NCBI GenBank assembly: GCA_963761335.1
Contig: CAVXGR010000011.1
Span: 64,001-128,000, forward strand
Source: an uncultured delta proteobacterium
GTDB lineage: Bacteria > Desulfobacterota > Binatia > HRBIN30 > BPIQ01
Direction of reading: 5' to 3'
Length of the DNA: 64,000 bases
Position numbers and translations under genes: made by a program. Under the pieces are notes generated by a model. The model saw only the letters and a program-made list of their open reading frames with translations. It was not told the origin of the DNA and searched no databases. Every line of letters begins with the position of its first letter. The stretch's first letter is position 1. Positions 18,501-26,020 of the stretch are shown here, in pieces.

Positions 18501-18712
18501 AACTGCCGCTCCAGGGGCGTCGCCACCGAGGAGGCCATGGTTTCCGGACTGGCTCCCGGTAGATTGGCGGTCACCAGCAAGGTGGGAAAATCGACGTTGG
18601 GCAGGTCACTCACCGGTAGCTGCCGGTATGCGAGAATGCCGAAGAGCAGCGCCGCCAGCATCAGCAGCGTGGTGGCGACCGGGCGGCGAATGAAGAGAGC
18701 GCTGACGTTCAC
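15581..18712 (-). CDS. RND efflux permease (MdtB/MdtC-like)
   Basis: FIRRPVATTLLM, GFVVDDAIVMLENI, GIVKKNAI, RFRPIMMTT; 1043 aa. Confidence 0.96.
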   Translation of the reverse strand: MNVSALFIRRPVATTLLMLAALLFGILAYRQLPVSDLPNVDFPTLLVTANLPGASPETMASSVATPLERQFSTIAGIASMNSANSLGSTQVTMQFDLDRNIDAAAQDVQAAITQASPLLPPGMPNPPTFRKVNPADQPILYIGLTSDTLPLWTLDEYGETLMAQRISMVRDVAQVQVFGSQKYAVRIKLDPRQLATLGLGIGEVARAVSAANVNLPTGTLQGSDKHYTIQANGQLTEAAVYRPVIVAYRNGAPVRLGDLGTVVDGVEDDKSASWYGDSSTLQRAVVLAIQRQPGTNTVAVAEAVKDILPTLERQLPPSVHLHVLFDRSASILASVNDVKFTMVLALVLVVLVIFVFLRNLSATIIPSLALPLSIVGTFAIMYPLGYSLDNLSLMALMLSIGFVVDDAIVMLENIVRHMEMGERPLEAALSGSSEIGFTILSMTLSLAAVFIPVLFMPGILGRLFHEFSVTICVTILLSGVVSLTLTPMLCSRFLRPGAEARHGRLFALTERGFDAMLRGYERSLKWVLRHRPATMLVSLAILAATLVLFVRVPKGFIPNEDQSAIFAVTEAVQGVSFDAMVRYQKAVSDIVRQDPAIRALFSSVTGSNASAGTTSNQGRMFMHLLPASERGSLQSVMARLRQKTMGMPGMRVYMQELPSIRVGGQLTKSLYQFTLQSPDTGELYRDADELLERLQKMPQLRDVTSDMQLQNPQVNVVIDRDKASALGVSAEEVENALFDAYGDRWISTIYAPNNQYKVILELEDRYRGDPAALSLLYVRSDKNQLVPLDAVSHLEKNAGPLTVNHAGQLPSATISFNLSPGTSLGEAVSNVESVARQLLPATVTTSFQGTAEAFQSSLSGFWVLLLAALLVIYLVLGILYESFVHPLTILSGLPSAGFGALLTLLIFGEELNVYSLVGLIMLVGIVKKNAIMQIDFALEAQRQEGKSTFEAIYQGCVIRFRPIMMTTAAALFGALPIALGIGAGSASRRPLGLAVVGGLLFSQLVTLYLTPVYYTYLEAFVEKMREVRSRWRRAPRPAPAAGG

Positions 18713-19938
18713 GACGCTCCTCCTGGCGGCGTGGAGGTGCCCGCGGTGGCGGCGTTCTTGATTTCCACCACAGATCCCGGGGCGAGGCGAATCTGTCCCT
18801 CGGTGACGACGCGCTCACCGGCCTGCAGTCCCTCCTCCACGACCACGTCGCTGCCGAAGGAGAGCCCGGTCTTCACCGGCCGCACCTGCACCGTCAGGTC
18901 CGGCTGAACGACGTAGACATAGGTCCCCTTCTGGCCGGTCTCCAGCGCCTGCTCCGGCACCACCACGACGCCGCTCTCGATCGACAGGGTCATGCGCACG
19001 TTGACGAACGCACCCGGCCACAGATGCTCGTCCTGGTTGGGAAATATGCCCTTGAGGAGCACCGTGCCGGTGTTCATGTCGACGGTGTTGTTGACGAAGG
19101 CCAGCTTGCCTGGAACCGCCGCTGGATCGCCGTCCGGAGGCTCGGCCTCGACGGGCACGCTGCCGGCCGCCTGGCGCCGGCGGATCTCGGCGAGGTTGCC
19201 CTCGGGGACGGAGAAGCTCACATAGACTGGGCGCAGCTGGTTGATGGTGGCGAGCACCGTGTCATTCGACTTCACCACGTTGCCCTGGTTCACCAGGATG
19301 GCGCCGATGCGGCCAGTGATCGGCGAGCGGATGTAGGCGTACTGCAGCCGCAGCTTGGCGTTCTCGACCGCCGCCTCGTCGGCGCGCACGCTCGCCGCCA
19401 GGGTCTGGACCTGTGTCTTCGCCTGGTCGTACTCGTTCTGCGAAACAATTCCCTGCTTCACCAGGCGCGCCTCTCGACCCTCCTCCACCTGCGCGTTGTC
19501 GAGCTGAGCACGGTCGCGGGCGAGGTTTGCCTCCGACTGCCGCAGGGCGGCCTCGAACGGGCGCGGGTCGACGGTGAACAGGAGGTCGTCCTCCTGCACC
19601 TCCTGGCCTTCGCGGAAGTGCACCTCGGCGAGCTGCCCCTCCACCTGGGAGCGCACCGAGACGGTGGAGTACGGCTCCACGTTGCCGATGGCGTGCAGCT
19701 GCACCGGCACATCCATGCGCTGTGCGGTGGCCACGGTCACCGGCGCGGCGCTGCGCGAACCACCCGTGGAGGCGCGCGAGGGCTCTCCTCCAGAGGAGCA
19801 CGCCGCCAAGAACACGAGGCCAAGAACGATGACAGCCCCGGGTACAACTCGGGGGATGGCGTTCCGGCGCTTCCCGAAGCGGCGCGCCGCCGCTTCCACA
19901 TTGGCCCGCGTCCCGGCGCCACGGAGTGAAGTTCTCAT
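18709..19938 (-). CDS. RND periplasmic adaptor (MdtA-like)
   Basis: AIGNVEPYSTVSVRSQVEG, IRSPITGR, LWPGAFV; lipobox-like LAAC. Confidence 0.95.
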   Translation of the reverse strand: MRTSLRGAGTRANVEAAARRFGKRRNAIPRVVPGAVIVLGLVFLAACSSGGEPSRASTGGSRSAAPVTVATAQRMDVPVQLHAIGNVEPYSTVSVRSQVEGQLAEVHFREGQEVQEDDLLFTVDPRPFEAALRQSEANLARDRAQLDNAQVEEGREARLVKQGIVSQNEYDQAKTQVQTLAASVRADEAAVENAKLRLQYAYIRSPITGRIGAILVNQGNVVKSNDTVLATINQLRPVYVSFSVPEGNLAEIRRRQAAGSVPVEAEPPDGDPAAVPGKLAFVNNTVDMNTGTVLLKGIFPNQDEHLWPGAFVNVRMTLSIESGVVVVPEQALETGQKGTYVYVVQPDLTVQVRPVKTGLSFGSDVVVEEGLQAGERVVTEGQIRLAPGSVVEIKNAATAGTSTPPGGAS

Positions 19939-19962
19939 CTACCTCTTCCCGTCTGCAGGCTC

Positions 19963-19977
19963 GCAAGCGACGTGCCC
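19963..19977 (-). promoter_or_regulatory. Sigma-54 -24/-12 promoter for the RND/two-component operon
   Basis: GGGCAC-GTCGC-TTGC on the minus strand, 25 nt upstream of the ATG, with GAAGAGG SD between. Confidence 0.75.
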
Positions 19978-20129
19978 AGAGCGTTGCGGCTGGGCCCGTC
20001 GACCTCTCTGGAGAATTGTGCGCTTCTGTTGGCCTATATCAACCACCCCGGTCGAAACCGACCGCTCCTGCACGCACGTGAAATCGCGCCTGTCTCGACT
20101 TGGTGCACCGTCGCTGGAATCATGAAGCG

Positions 20130-20144
20130 TGGCACGGAGCGTGC
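20130..20144 (+). promoter_or_regulatory. Candidate sigma-54 promoter for degP
   Basis: TGGCAC-GGAGC-GTGC with GG-N10-GC spacing. Confidence 0.6.
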
Positions 20145-20158
20145 GCATGCGAGCAACC

Positions 20159-21685
20159 ATGAAACTCAGAAGACTTCTCCCGACCATCGCCCTGTCCGCA
20201 GCCCTGGCCTTCACCGTAGGCGCTGCGGGAGCCCGCGCCTTCCCCAACCCTCTCAGCCTCTTCGGCCATCGACAGAAGGAGGCACAGGCAACACCGGCGG
20301 CCCCGCCGCGGCCTGCGGCTCCCGGTCCGGCGACCGCGTGCGGGCCGGCGGCCCCGGCATCGTTCGCCGACATCGCCGCGGCAGCGCAGCCGGCGGTGGT
20401 GAACATCTCGACGACACAGACGGTGAAAACCATGCAGCAGGGTCCGGCAATGCCGCAGAGCCCCTTCGGCGGGCACGGCCAGCAGGACCCCTTCGAGCAG
20501 TTCTTCCGCCACTTCTTCGGCCAGCAGATGCCGCGCGACTTCACCCAGCGCAGCCTGGGCTCGGGCGTCATCATCGATCCCGGCGGCTACATCGCCACCA
20601 ATGCCCACGTGGTGAAGGACGCGGAGAAGATCGTGGTCAAGCTCCAGGACGAGCGCGAGTTCAACGCCAAGGTGATCGGCATCGACGAGAAGACCGACAT
20701 CGCCCTGGTGAAGATCGATTCCCCCGGAGACCTGAAGGCCGCCCAGCTCGGCGACTCGGACGCCCTGCGCATCGGCGATTGGGTCATCGCCATCGGCAAT
20801 CCCTTTGGGCTGACGGAGACGGTGACCGCCGGCATCGTCAGTGCCAAGGGCCGCGTCATCGGCGGCGGACCCTACGACGACTTCATCCAGACCGATGCTT
20901 CGATCAACCCCGGGAACTCCGGCGGACCGCTCCTCAACCTGCAAAGTCAGGTGGTCGGCATCAACTCGGCAATCTACAGCCAGAGTGGTGGCAACATCGG
21001 CATCGGTTTCGCCATCCCGATCAACATGGTGAAGGACATCGTCCAGCAGCTGCGGGAGCACGGCACCGTGGTGCGGGGCTGGTTGGGTGTCTCGATCCAG
21101 GACGTCACCCCGGATCTGGCCCAGACCTTCGGGCTGGAGAAGGCCGAAGGCGCACTGGTGGCCGAGGTCACCCCCGACAGCCCGGCCGCCGACGCCGGCT
21201 TCAAGGCGGGCGACCTGGTGCTCGAGTTCAACGGCATGCCGGTCGAGCACGCGCATCAGCTGCCGGCGATGGTCGCCTCTACGGCGATCGGCAAGAAGGT
21301 TCCCGTGACCGTCCTGCGCAACGGCAGCAAGAAGACGCTCACCGTGAAGGTGGGCAAGATGCCGGCGAGCGAGGCCGCCGCCAAGTCCGAGGTCTCGCCC
21401 AGCAACTGGGGGCTCACCGTGGAGAACATCACGCCGGCGCTGCAAAACCGTTTCAGCCTGGAGGATCGCAACGGCGTCATCGTCACCGCCGTCGAGCCGA
21501 ACAGCTCGGCGGAAGAAGGCGGCATGCAGCCCGGGGACGTGATCACCCAGGTGAACCGCAAGTCCGTCAACGACGTCGATGACTATCGCACCGCCGTAAC
21601 CTCGGCGGGCAAGTCCTCGACCCTGTTGCTGCTGGTGCAGCGCCAGGGACATTCCGTGTTCATCGCCCTGCGCCGCAGCTCCTGA
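20159..21685 (+). CDS. degP: DegP/DegQ (Do) periplasmic serine protease with two PDZ domains
   Basis: SLGSGVII, TNAHVV, DIAL, INPGNSGGPL, two PDZ domains. Confidence 0.93.
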   Translation: MKLRRLLPTIALSAALAFTVGAAGARAFPNPLSLFGHRQKEAQATPAAPPRPAAPGPATACGPAAPASFADIAAAAQPAVVNISTTQTVKTMQQGPAMPQSPFGGHGQQDPFEQFFRHFFGQQMPRDFTQRSLGSGVIIDPGGYIATNAHVVKDAEKIVVKLQDEREFNAKVIGIDEKTDIALVKIDSPGDLKAAQLGDSDALRIGDWVIAIGNPFGLTETVTAGIVSAKGRVIGGGPYDDFIQTDASINPGNSGGPLLNLQSQVVGINSAIYSQSGGNIGIGFAIPINMVKDIVQQLREHGTVVRGWLGVSIQDVTPDLAQTFGLEKAEGALVAEVTPDSPAADAGFKAGDLVLEFNGMPVEHAHQLPAMVASTAIGKKVPVTVLRNGSKKTLTVKVGKMPASEAAAKSEVSPSNWGLTVENITPALQNRFSLEDRNGVIVTAVEPNSSAEEGGMQPGDVITQVNRKSVNDVDDYRTAVTSAGKSSTLLLLVQRQGHSVFIALRRSS

Positions 21686-21715
21686 GCGACGCCCCTGGCG
21701 AAAGGAGAAGTGCAG

Positions 21716-22756
21716 ATGAGAAATCCGACTCGACTCGCCGTCCTCGTCGCCGCCATCGCCATCGCCTTCTCGGTCTCGGCCGCTTCCGCCGGGGCCGCTG
21801 CGGCAAAGGGAGCGGGACCAGAGAAAGCTCCGGAAGCACCCGAGTTCGACTGGATCCCGCTGGAGAACGGCACCTGGCTGCCGGTGGTGGATCCTCTCGG
21901 TGTCGCCCTGCACACCGCCCGCGACAAGCTCAAGTCGGATCCGCAGGCCGCGGCAGCCAAGCTCCGCGAAGGCGCACAGTTCCTCGAGCACCAGGCAGAG
22001 TACGTCACCGACCCGGCACGCGGGCGCATGACGCGGGCGGCGGCCGACCTCGACAAGCTCGCCGGCGAGGTCGCCGCCGGAAAGGTGACCTCGCCCAAGC
22101 AGCTCGATCCGGTATTCGCCCGCGCCCACAGCGCCGACATCGACAGCCGCTGGGCATCGGCTCCCGAGGCCTCGTGGCTTCCAGTGTCTGCCGAGCCCAT
22201 GCGCCAGCTGACACTGGCCCGCAAGAACTACCTCCAAGCGGCGTGGGCAGACGCCGCCTCCGACATCCACAAAGCCGCGGCCCTGCTGAAGCTGGAGGCG
22301 ACCCGCGCCACGACCGAAGGGCGTGGGGCGTTGATGACCTCGGCGAAGGACCTCGACCAGCTCGGCGATCGGGTGCACAGCGGCGCCGTGAAGACGCTCG
22401 ACCGGCTCGACTCCTCCTTCGCCCGAGCCGACTACGCCTTGGCGCGACATCACTATCTGAAGGCGTCGGAGTTCTGGGCAAAGAACGATACCAAGCAGGC
22501 CGGCGCCGCTCTGCAAGCCGCCGCCGCCGCCCTCGAGCACGGCATGGCGCGAGCCGGGCGCGGCGGCGACGAGGCCGCAACCGCGGCGATCAAGGACGCG
22601 CGGGAGGTGGGCGTCAAGCTCGCCAACGGCGGCGAGGTCGCCGCCGCAGAGGTCCGCAAGGCCATGGCGAAGATCAACGGGCAGATCGAGGCCCTGCGCC
22701 GAGCGGCGCAAGCGCAGGGCCGCCCGATACCAGGCACCCCCGCGAAGAAGATGTAG
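21716..22756 (+). CDS. Secreted all-helical repeat protein, unknown function
   Basis: Signal peptide; two copies of WLPV...DLD.L...G.V....LD..FARA plus a partial third; AAGGAG SD. Confidence 0.8.
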   Translation: MRNPTRLAVLVAAIAIAFSVSAASAGAAAAKGAGPEKAPEAPEFDWIPLENGTWLPVVDPLGVALHTARDKLKSDPQAAAAKLREGAQFLEHQAEYVTDPARGRMTRAAADLDKLAGEVAAGKVTSPKQLDPVFARAHSADIDSRWASAPEASWLPVSAEPMRQLTLARKNYLQAAWADAASDIHKAAALLKLEATRATTEGRGALMTSAKDLDQLGDRVHSGAVKTLDRLDSSFARADYALARHHYLKASEFWAKNDTKQAGAALQAAAAALEHGMARAGRGGDEAATAAIKDAREVGVKLANGGEVAAAEVRKAMAKINGQIEALRRAAQAQGRPIPGTPAKKM

Positions 22757-22823
22757 CGGCGCCTGTCTCTTGCTCGACGCCGGCGCATGCGAGTGTCATG
22801 ATCCGGCCGGAGGAGGCAGGCAT

Positions 22824-23993
22824 GTGAGCACATCGAGGCTGTTCTCACCGGCGCGGCTCGGGCCGATCGAGCTGCGCAACCGGGTGGTGAAGTGCGGCAC
22901 CAACGAAGGCATGTCGCGCCATGGGCTGGTCACCGAGCCGCTGATCGAATGGCACCGGGAGTTTGCCGCCGGCGGCGTCGGCATGACCACGCTGGCCTAC
23001 TGCTCCGTCTCCGCCGATGGCCGCACCTTCCCGCACCAGATCCACATGCGCGAAGAGGCCCGGCCCGGCTTGCGCCGCTTCGCCGACGCCATGCACGCCG
23101 AAGGGGCGCGGGCATCGATCCAGATCGGCCACGCCGGCTGGTTTGCCAGCCCGCACGCCACCGGCACGGCACCGGTAGGACCCTCGCGCAGCTTCAGCCC
23201 GCACGCGCAGGCGTTCTCGCGGGCGATGGTGGACGCCGACTTCACACGCCTCACCGGCGACTTCGCCGGCGCCGCCCGCCTCGCCGTGGAGGCCGGCTTC
23301 GACGCCGTCGAGGTCCACATCGGCCACGGCTACCTGCTGAACCAGTTTCTCAGCCCGTACAACAACCGCCGGCGCGACCAGTGGGGCGGCAGCCTGGAGA
23401 ACCGGGCGCGCTTTCCCCGCCAGGTTCTCGACGCCGTGCGCCACGCCGCCGGACCGGCGACCGCGGTCTACGCCAAGCTCAACATGGAGGACGGCTTTCG
23501 CGGCGGCCTCGAGCTCGAGGACGGCATCCAGGTGGCGCGCTGGCTGGAGCAGGACGGCAGCGTCGACGCCCTGCAGCTCACCGGCGGCCACACGACGCGC
23601 ACGCCCTTCTTCCTGATGCGCGGCGCCGTACCCTTGCGCGAGATGGTGCGCAACCAGCACCACTGGGCGCGGCGGCTGGCGATGAGCGTCTTCGGCCGCT
23701 TGCTGATCCGCGAGTACCCATTCTCCGAAGCATTCTTCCTGCCGCAGGCGCAGCGCTTCCGCAGCGCCCTGCGCCTGCCGCTGATGCTCCTCGGCGGGGT
23801 CACCCGCTTGGAGACCATGGAGCGGGCCGTCGACTCGGGCTTCGACTTCGTCGCCCTCGGGCGCGCCCTCATCCGCGATCCCGACCTCGTTCGCCGCATG
23901 CAGTCCGGCGAGCTCACCGCCTCACGCTGTGTGCCCTGCAACCTCTGCATCATCGAGATGGAGCGCGGCGGCACCCGCTGCGTGCGCCGCTGA
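22824..23993 (+). CDS. NADH:flavin oxidoreductase (old yellow enzyme family)
   Basis: ELRNRVVK, QIGHAG, GFDAVEVHIGHGYLLNQFLSP, GGSLENRARF, C-terminal CxxCNxC. Confidence 0.93.
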   Translation: MSTSRLFSPARLGPIELRNRVVKCGTNEGMSRHGLVTEPLIEWHREFAAGGVGMTTLAYCSVSADGRTFPHQIHMREEARPGLRRFADAMHAEGARASIQIGHAGWFASPHATGTAPVGPSRSFSPHAQAFSRAMVDADFTRLTGDFAGAARLAVEAGFDAVEVHIGHGYLLNQFLSPYNNRRRDQWGGSLENRARFPRQVLDAVRHAAGPATAVYAKLNMEDGFRGGLELEDGIQVARWLEQDGSVDALQLTGGHTTRTPFFLMRGAVPLREMVRNQHHWARRLAMSVFGRLLIREYPFSEAFFLPQAQRFRSALRLPLMLLGGVTRLETMERAVDSGFDFVALGRALIRDPDLVRRMQSGELTASRCVPCNLCIIEMERGGTRCVRR

Positions 23994-24007
23994 TGGCCGC
24001 GCTCCCA

Positions 24008-24529
24008 TCAGCGGCGCAAGTGGGGAAGCCAGCGCGGCACCTGCCGGCAGTAGTCTTCATACTCCGCGCCGAAACGCTCGCGCAGCTCCGGCTCTTCCAG
24101 GATGACGGCGGCGACATGGCCGGCGACGGTGGCGAGGGCGGCATAGACGACGATGCCGAGAACGCCGAAATAGATCGCCTCGGCCCAGAGCACGCTCAGC
24201 TCGGCGGCCATGATCGGGTTGCGCACCACCGCGAACGGTCCCGAGGTCACCAGCTTCCGCGGTGCATCGAGCGGGAACGGCGTTCCCTCCCCGCGGCGGC
24301 TGAAGTAGTCGAGGCAGACGATCCACACGACGACACCGGCAACGAACAGCAGCGCGCCTCCGAGGAGGCGGAGCCAGTGCGGCAACGGCAGCGCCAGCGG
24401 CAGCAGCCAGGAGGCCAGCAGGGGCATCGCCACCATGAACAGTCCGAAGAAAAGGAAGGCGTTGAGCAGCGACTTGGCCCAGAGGGCGGCGGCGCGGCGC
24501 GTCGTGCTCGGACGAATCCCGCGGCTCAT
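24008..24529 (-). CDS. Isoprenylcysteine carboxyl methyltransferase/PEMT-family membrane protein
   Basis: GTPFP, LVTSGPFAVVRNPI, EEPELRERFGAEYEDYCRQVPRW. Confidence 0.9.
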   Translation of the reverse strand: MSRGIRPSTTRRAAALWAKSLLNAFLFFGLFMVAMPLLASWLLPLALPLPHWLRLLGGALLFVAGVVVWIVCLDYFSRRGEGTPFPLDAPRKLVTSGPFAVVRNPIMAAELSVLWAEAIYFGVLGIVVYAALATVAGHVAAVILEEPELRERFGAEYEDYCRQVPRWLPHLRR

Positions 24530-25854
24530 GATGCCTTTCCGACGGCGCCCTCCCAGGGCAGCACGACGGTGGCGACGCAGCCGCCGCCATCGCGGTTGTC
24601 GAGCTGGACGTGGCCGCCGTGGGTGCGGGCGATCTCCTGCACGATGCTCAGCCCGAGACCTGTCCCCGGCGCGGCGCGCTCGCCGGAGCCGCGGTAGAAG
24701 CGATCGAAGACCCGTCCGCGCTCCGGCGCCGGGATACCCGGACCGTCGTCGGTCACCGTGACCTCGATGCTGTCGCCCGTTTGCCGCGCCCCGACGGCGA
24801 CCGGCTCACGGCCGTAGCTGTGGCGCAGGCCGTTGTCGATCAGGTTGGCGAACAGACGGTACAGGTCGCCGGCATTGCCGCGCACCCGAATCCCGGCCGA
24901 CACCGCCACTCGTACCCGGGGTCGGCCGTCCTCTCCCGCCCCGAAGGCGTCGCCCAGCTCCTGCAGCATCTCATCGAGCTCGACCACTGTCGCCGCCAGT
25001 GGAGCGTCCTGGGCGTCGAGTCGCGCCAGGGTGAGCAGGTCCTCGGCGACCCGCGCCATGCGCTCGGTGCCGGCGAGCGCCTCGGCGAGAGCGGCGCGAT
25101 AGGAATCCGCGGAGCGCGGCCGCGACAGCGCCACCTCGAGACCGGTGCGCAGCACAGTCAGCGGCGTGCGCAGCTCATGGGCGGCGTCGGCGGTGAACCG
25201 CTGCAGCTGGGAGACGGCGCTCTCCAGGCGCTCGAGCATGCGGTTGAGACCACCCACCAGGCGCCCGACCTCGTCGTGTGGATCGCGCGGCGCCAGGCGC
25301 GCCGACAGGCGATCCATGCCGATCGAATCGAGCTGGCGGGCGGCGTCCTCGAGCGGCCACAGCGCCCGGCCGAGCACGACCCAGAGACCGGCGCCGAGCG
25401 CCAGCAGCACCAGCGGTATACCGGCGCCGAGCATCGACGTCAGACGGCGCTGGGCGTGCAGTGCAGCCGCCGCCGAGACGCCGACGCGAACCGCGACCCG
25501 CCCGCTGACGGCGTTGGCGCTGCGCAGCTTCGCATCGGGCGCCGCCAGCACCGCCGCGGCTCCGGGCGGCGATTCGCCGAGGAGCTGCCCGCTGCGCCAG
25601 GCCGCCACGTACTTGGCGCCGCCCAGATCCGGCTCGCGGGCCACGGCGGCCAGCAGATCGCCGGCGGCGTTCTCCGTCACCGAACCCGACAGCACCTCCG
25701 CGAGCGTCTCCGCCTCTTCCTCCAGGGCGACGTCGATGTCGCGCAGGAGCTCGCCGCCGAAGACACGGACCAGCAGCCAGCCGGCCGCCACCGACAGCGG
25801 CAGCAGCAGCGCCAGCGTCCACACCAGTAACCGCAGCCGCAGAGAGTGTCTCAC
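24526..25854 (-). CDS. Sensor histidine kinase (OmpR/CusS-type)
   Basis: HAMP, FTADAAHELRTPL, NLIDNG, DDGPGI, FDRFYR, GTGLGLSI. Confidence 0.94.
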   Translation of the reverse strand: MRHSLRLRLLVWTLALLLPLSVAAGWLLVRVFGGELLRDIDVALEEEAETLAEVLSGSVTENAAGDLLAAVAREPDLGGAKYVAAWRSGQLLGESPPGAAAVLAAPDAKLRSANAVSGRVAVRVGVSAAAALHAQRRLTSMLGAGIPLVLLALGAGLWVVLGRALWPLEDAARQLDSIGMDRLSARLAPRDPHDEVGRLVGGLNRMLERLESAVSQLQRFTADAAHELRTPLTVLRTGLEVALSRPRSADSYRAALAEALAGTERMARVAEDLLTLARLDAQDAPLAATVVELDEMLQELGDAFGAGEDGRPRVRVAVSAGIRVRGNAGDLYRLFANLIDNGLRHSYGREPVAVGARQTGDSIEVTVTDDGPGIPAPERGRVFDRFYRGSGERAAPGTGLGLSIVQEIARTHGGHVQLDNRDGGGCVATVVLPWEGAVGKAS

Positions 25855-25916
25855 GGCTGCTCTTGCTGAAGGTAGCGCGCCAGCGCCTGCTCGTCTTCAA
25901 CGATCAGCAGGCGCAT
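25851..25916 (-). pseudogene. Internally deleted response regulator (21-aa stub)
   Basis: MRLLIVEDEQALARYL fused to ...EQP*. Both ends match the intact regulator at 33368-34045. Confidence 0.85.
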
Positions 25917-26020
25917 GTACGGCTCCCGAGGCGGCCGCGGACCGGGCGAGAACCAGGGAGGTCAGCGGTACGCCGATGAGCAGGAACATCACCATGAATT
26001 TCAACAAATCCATCTCCCTC

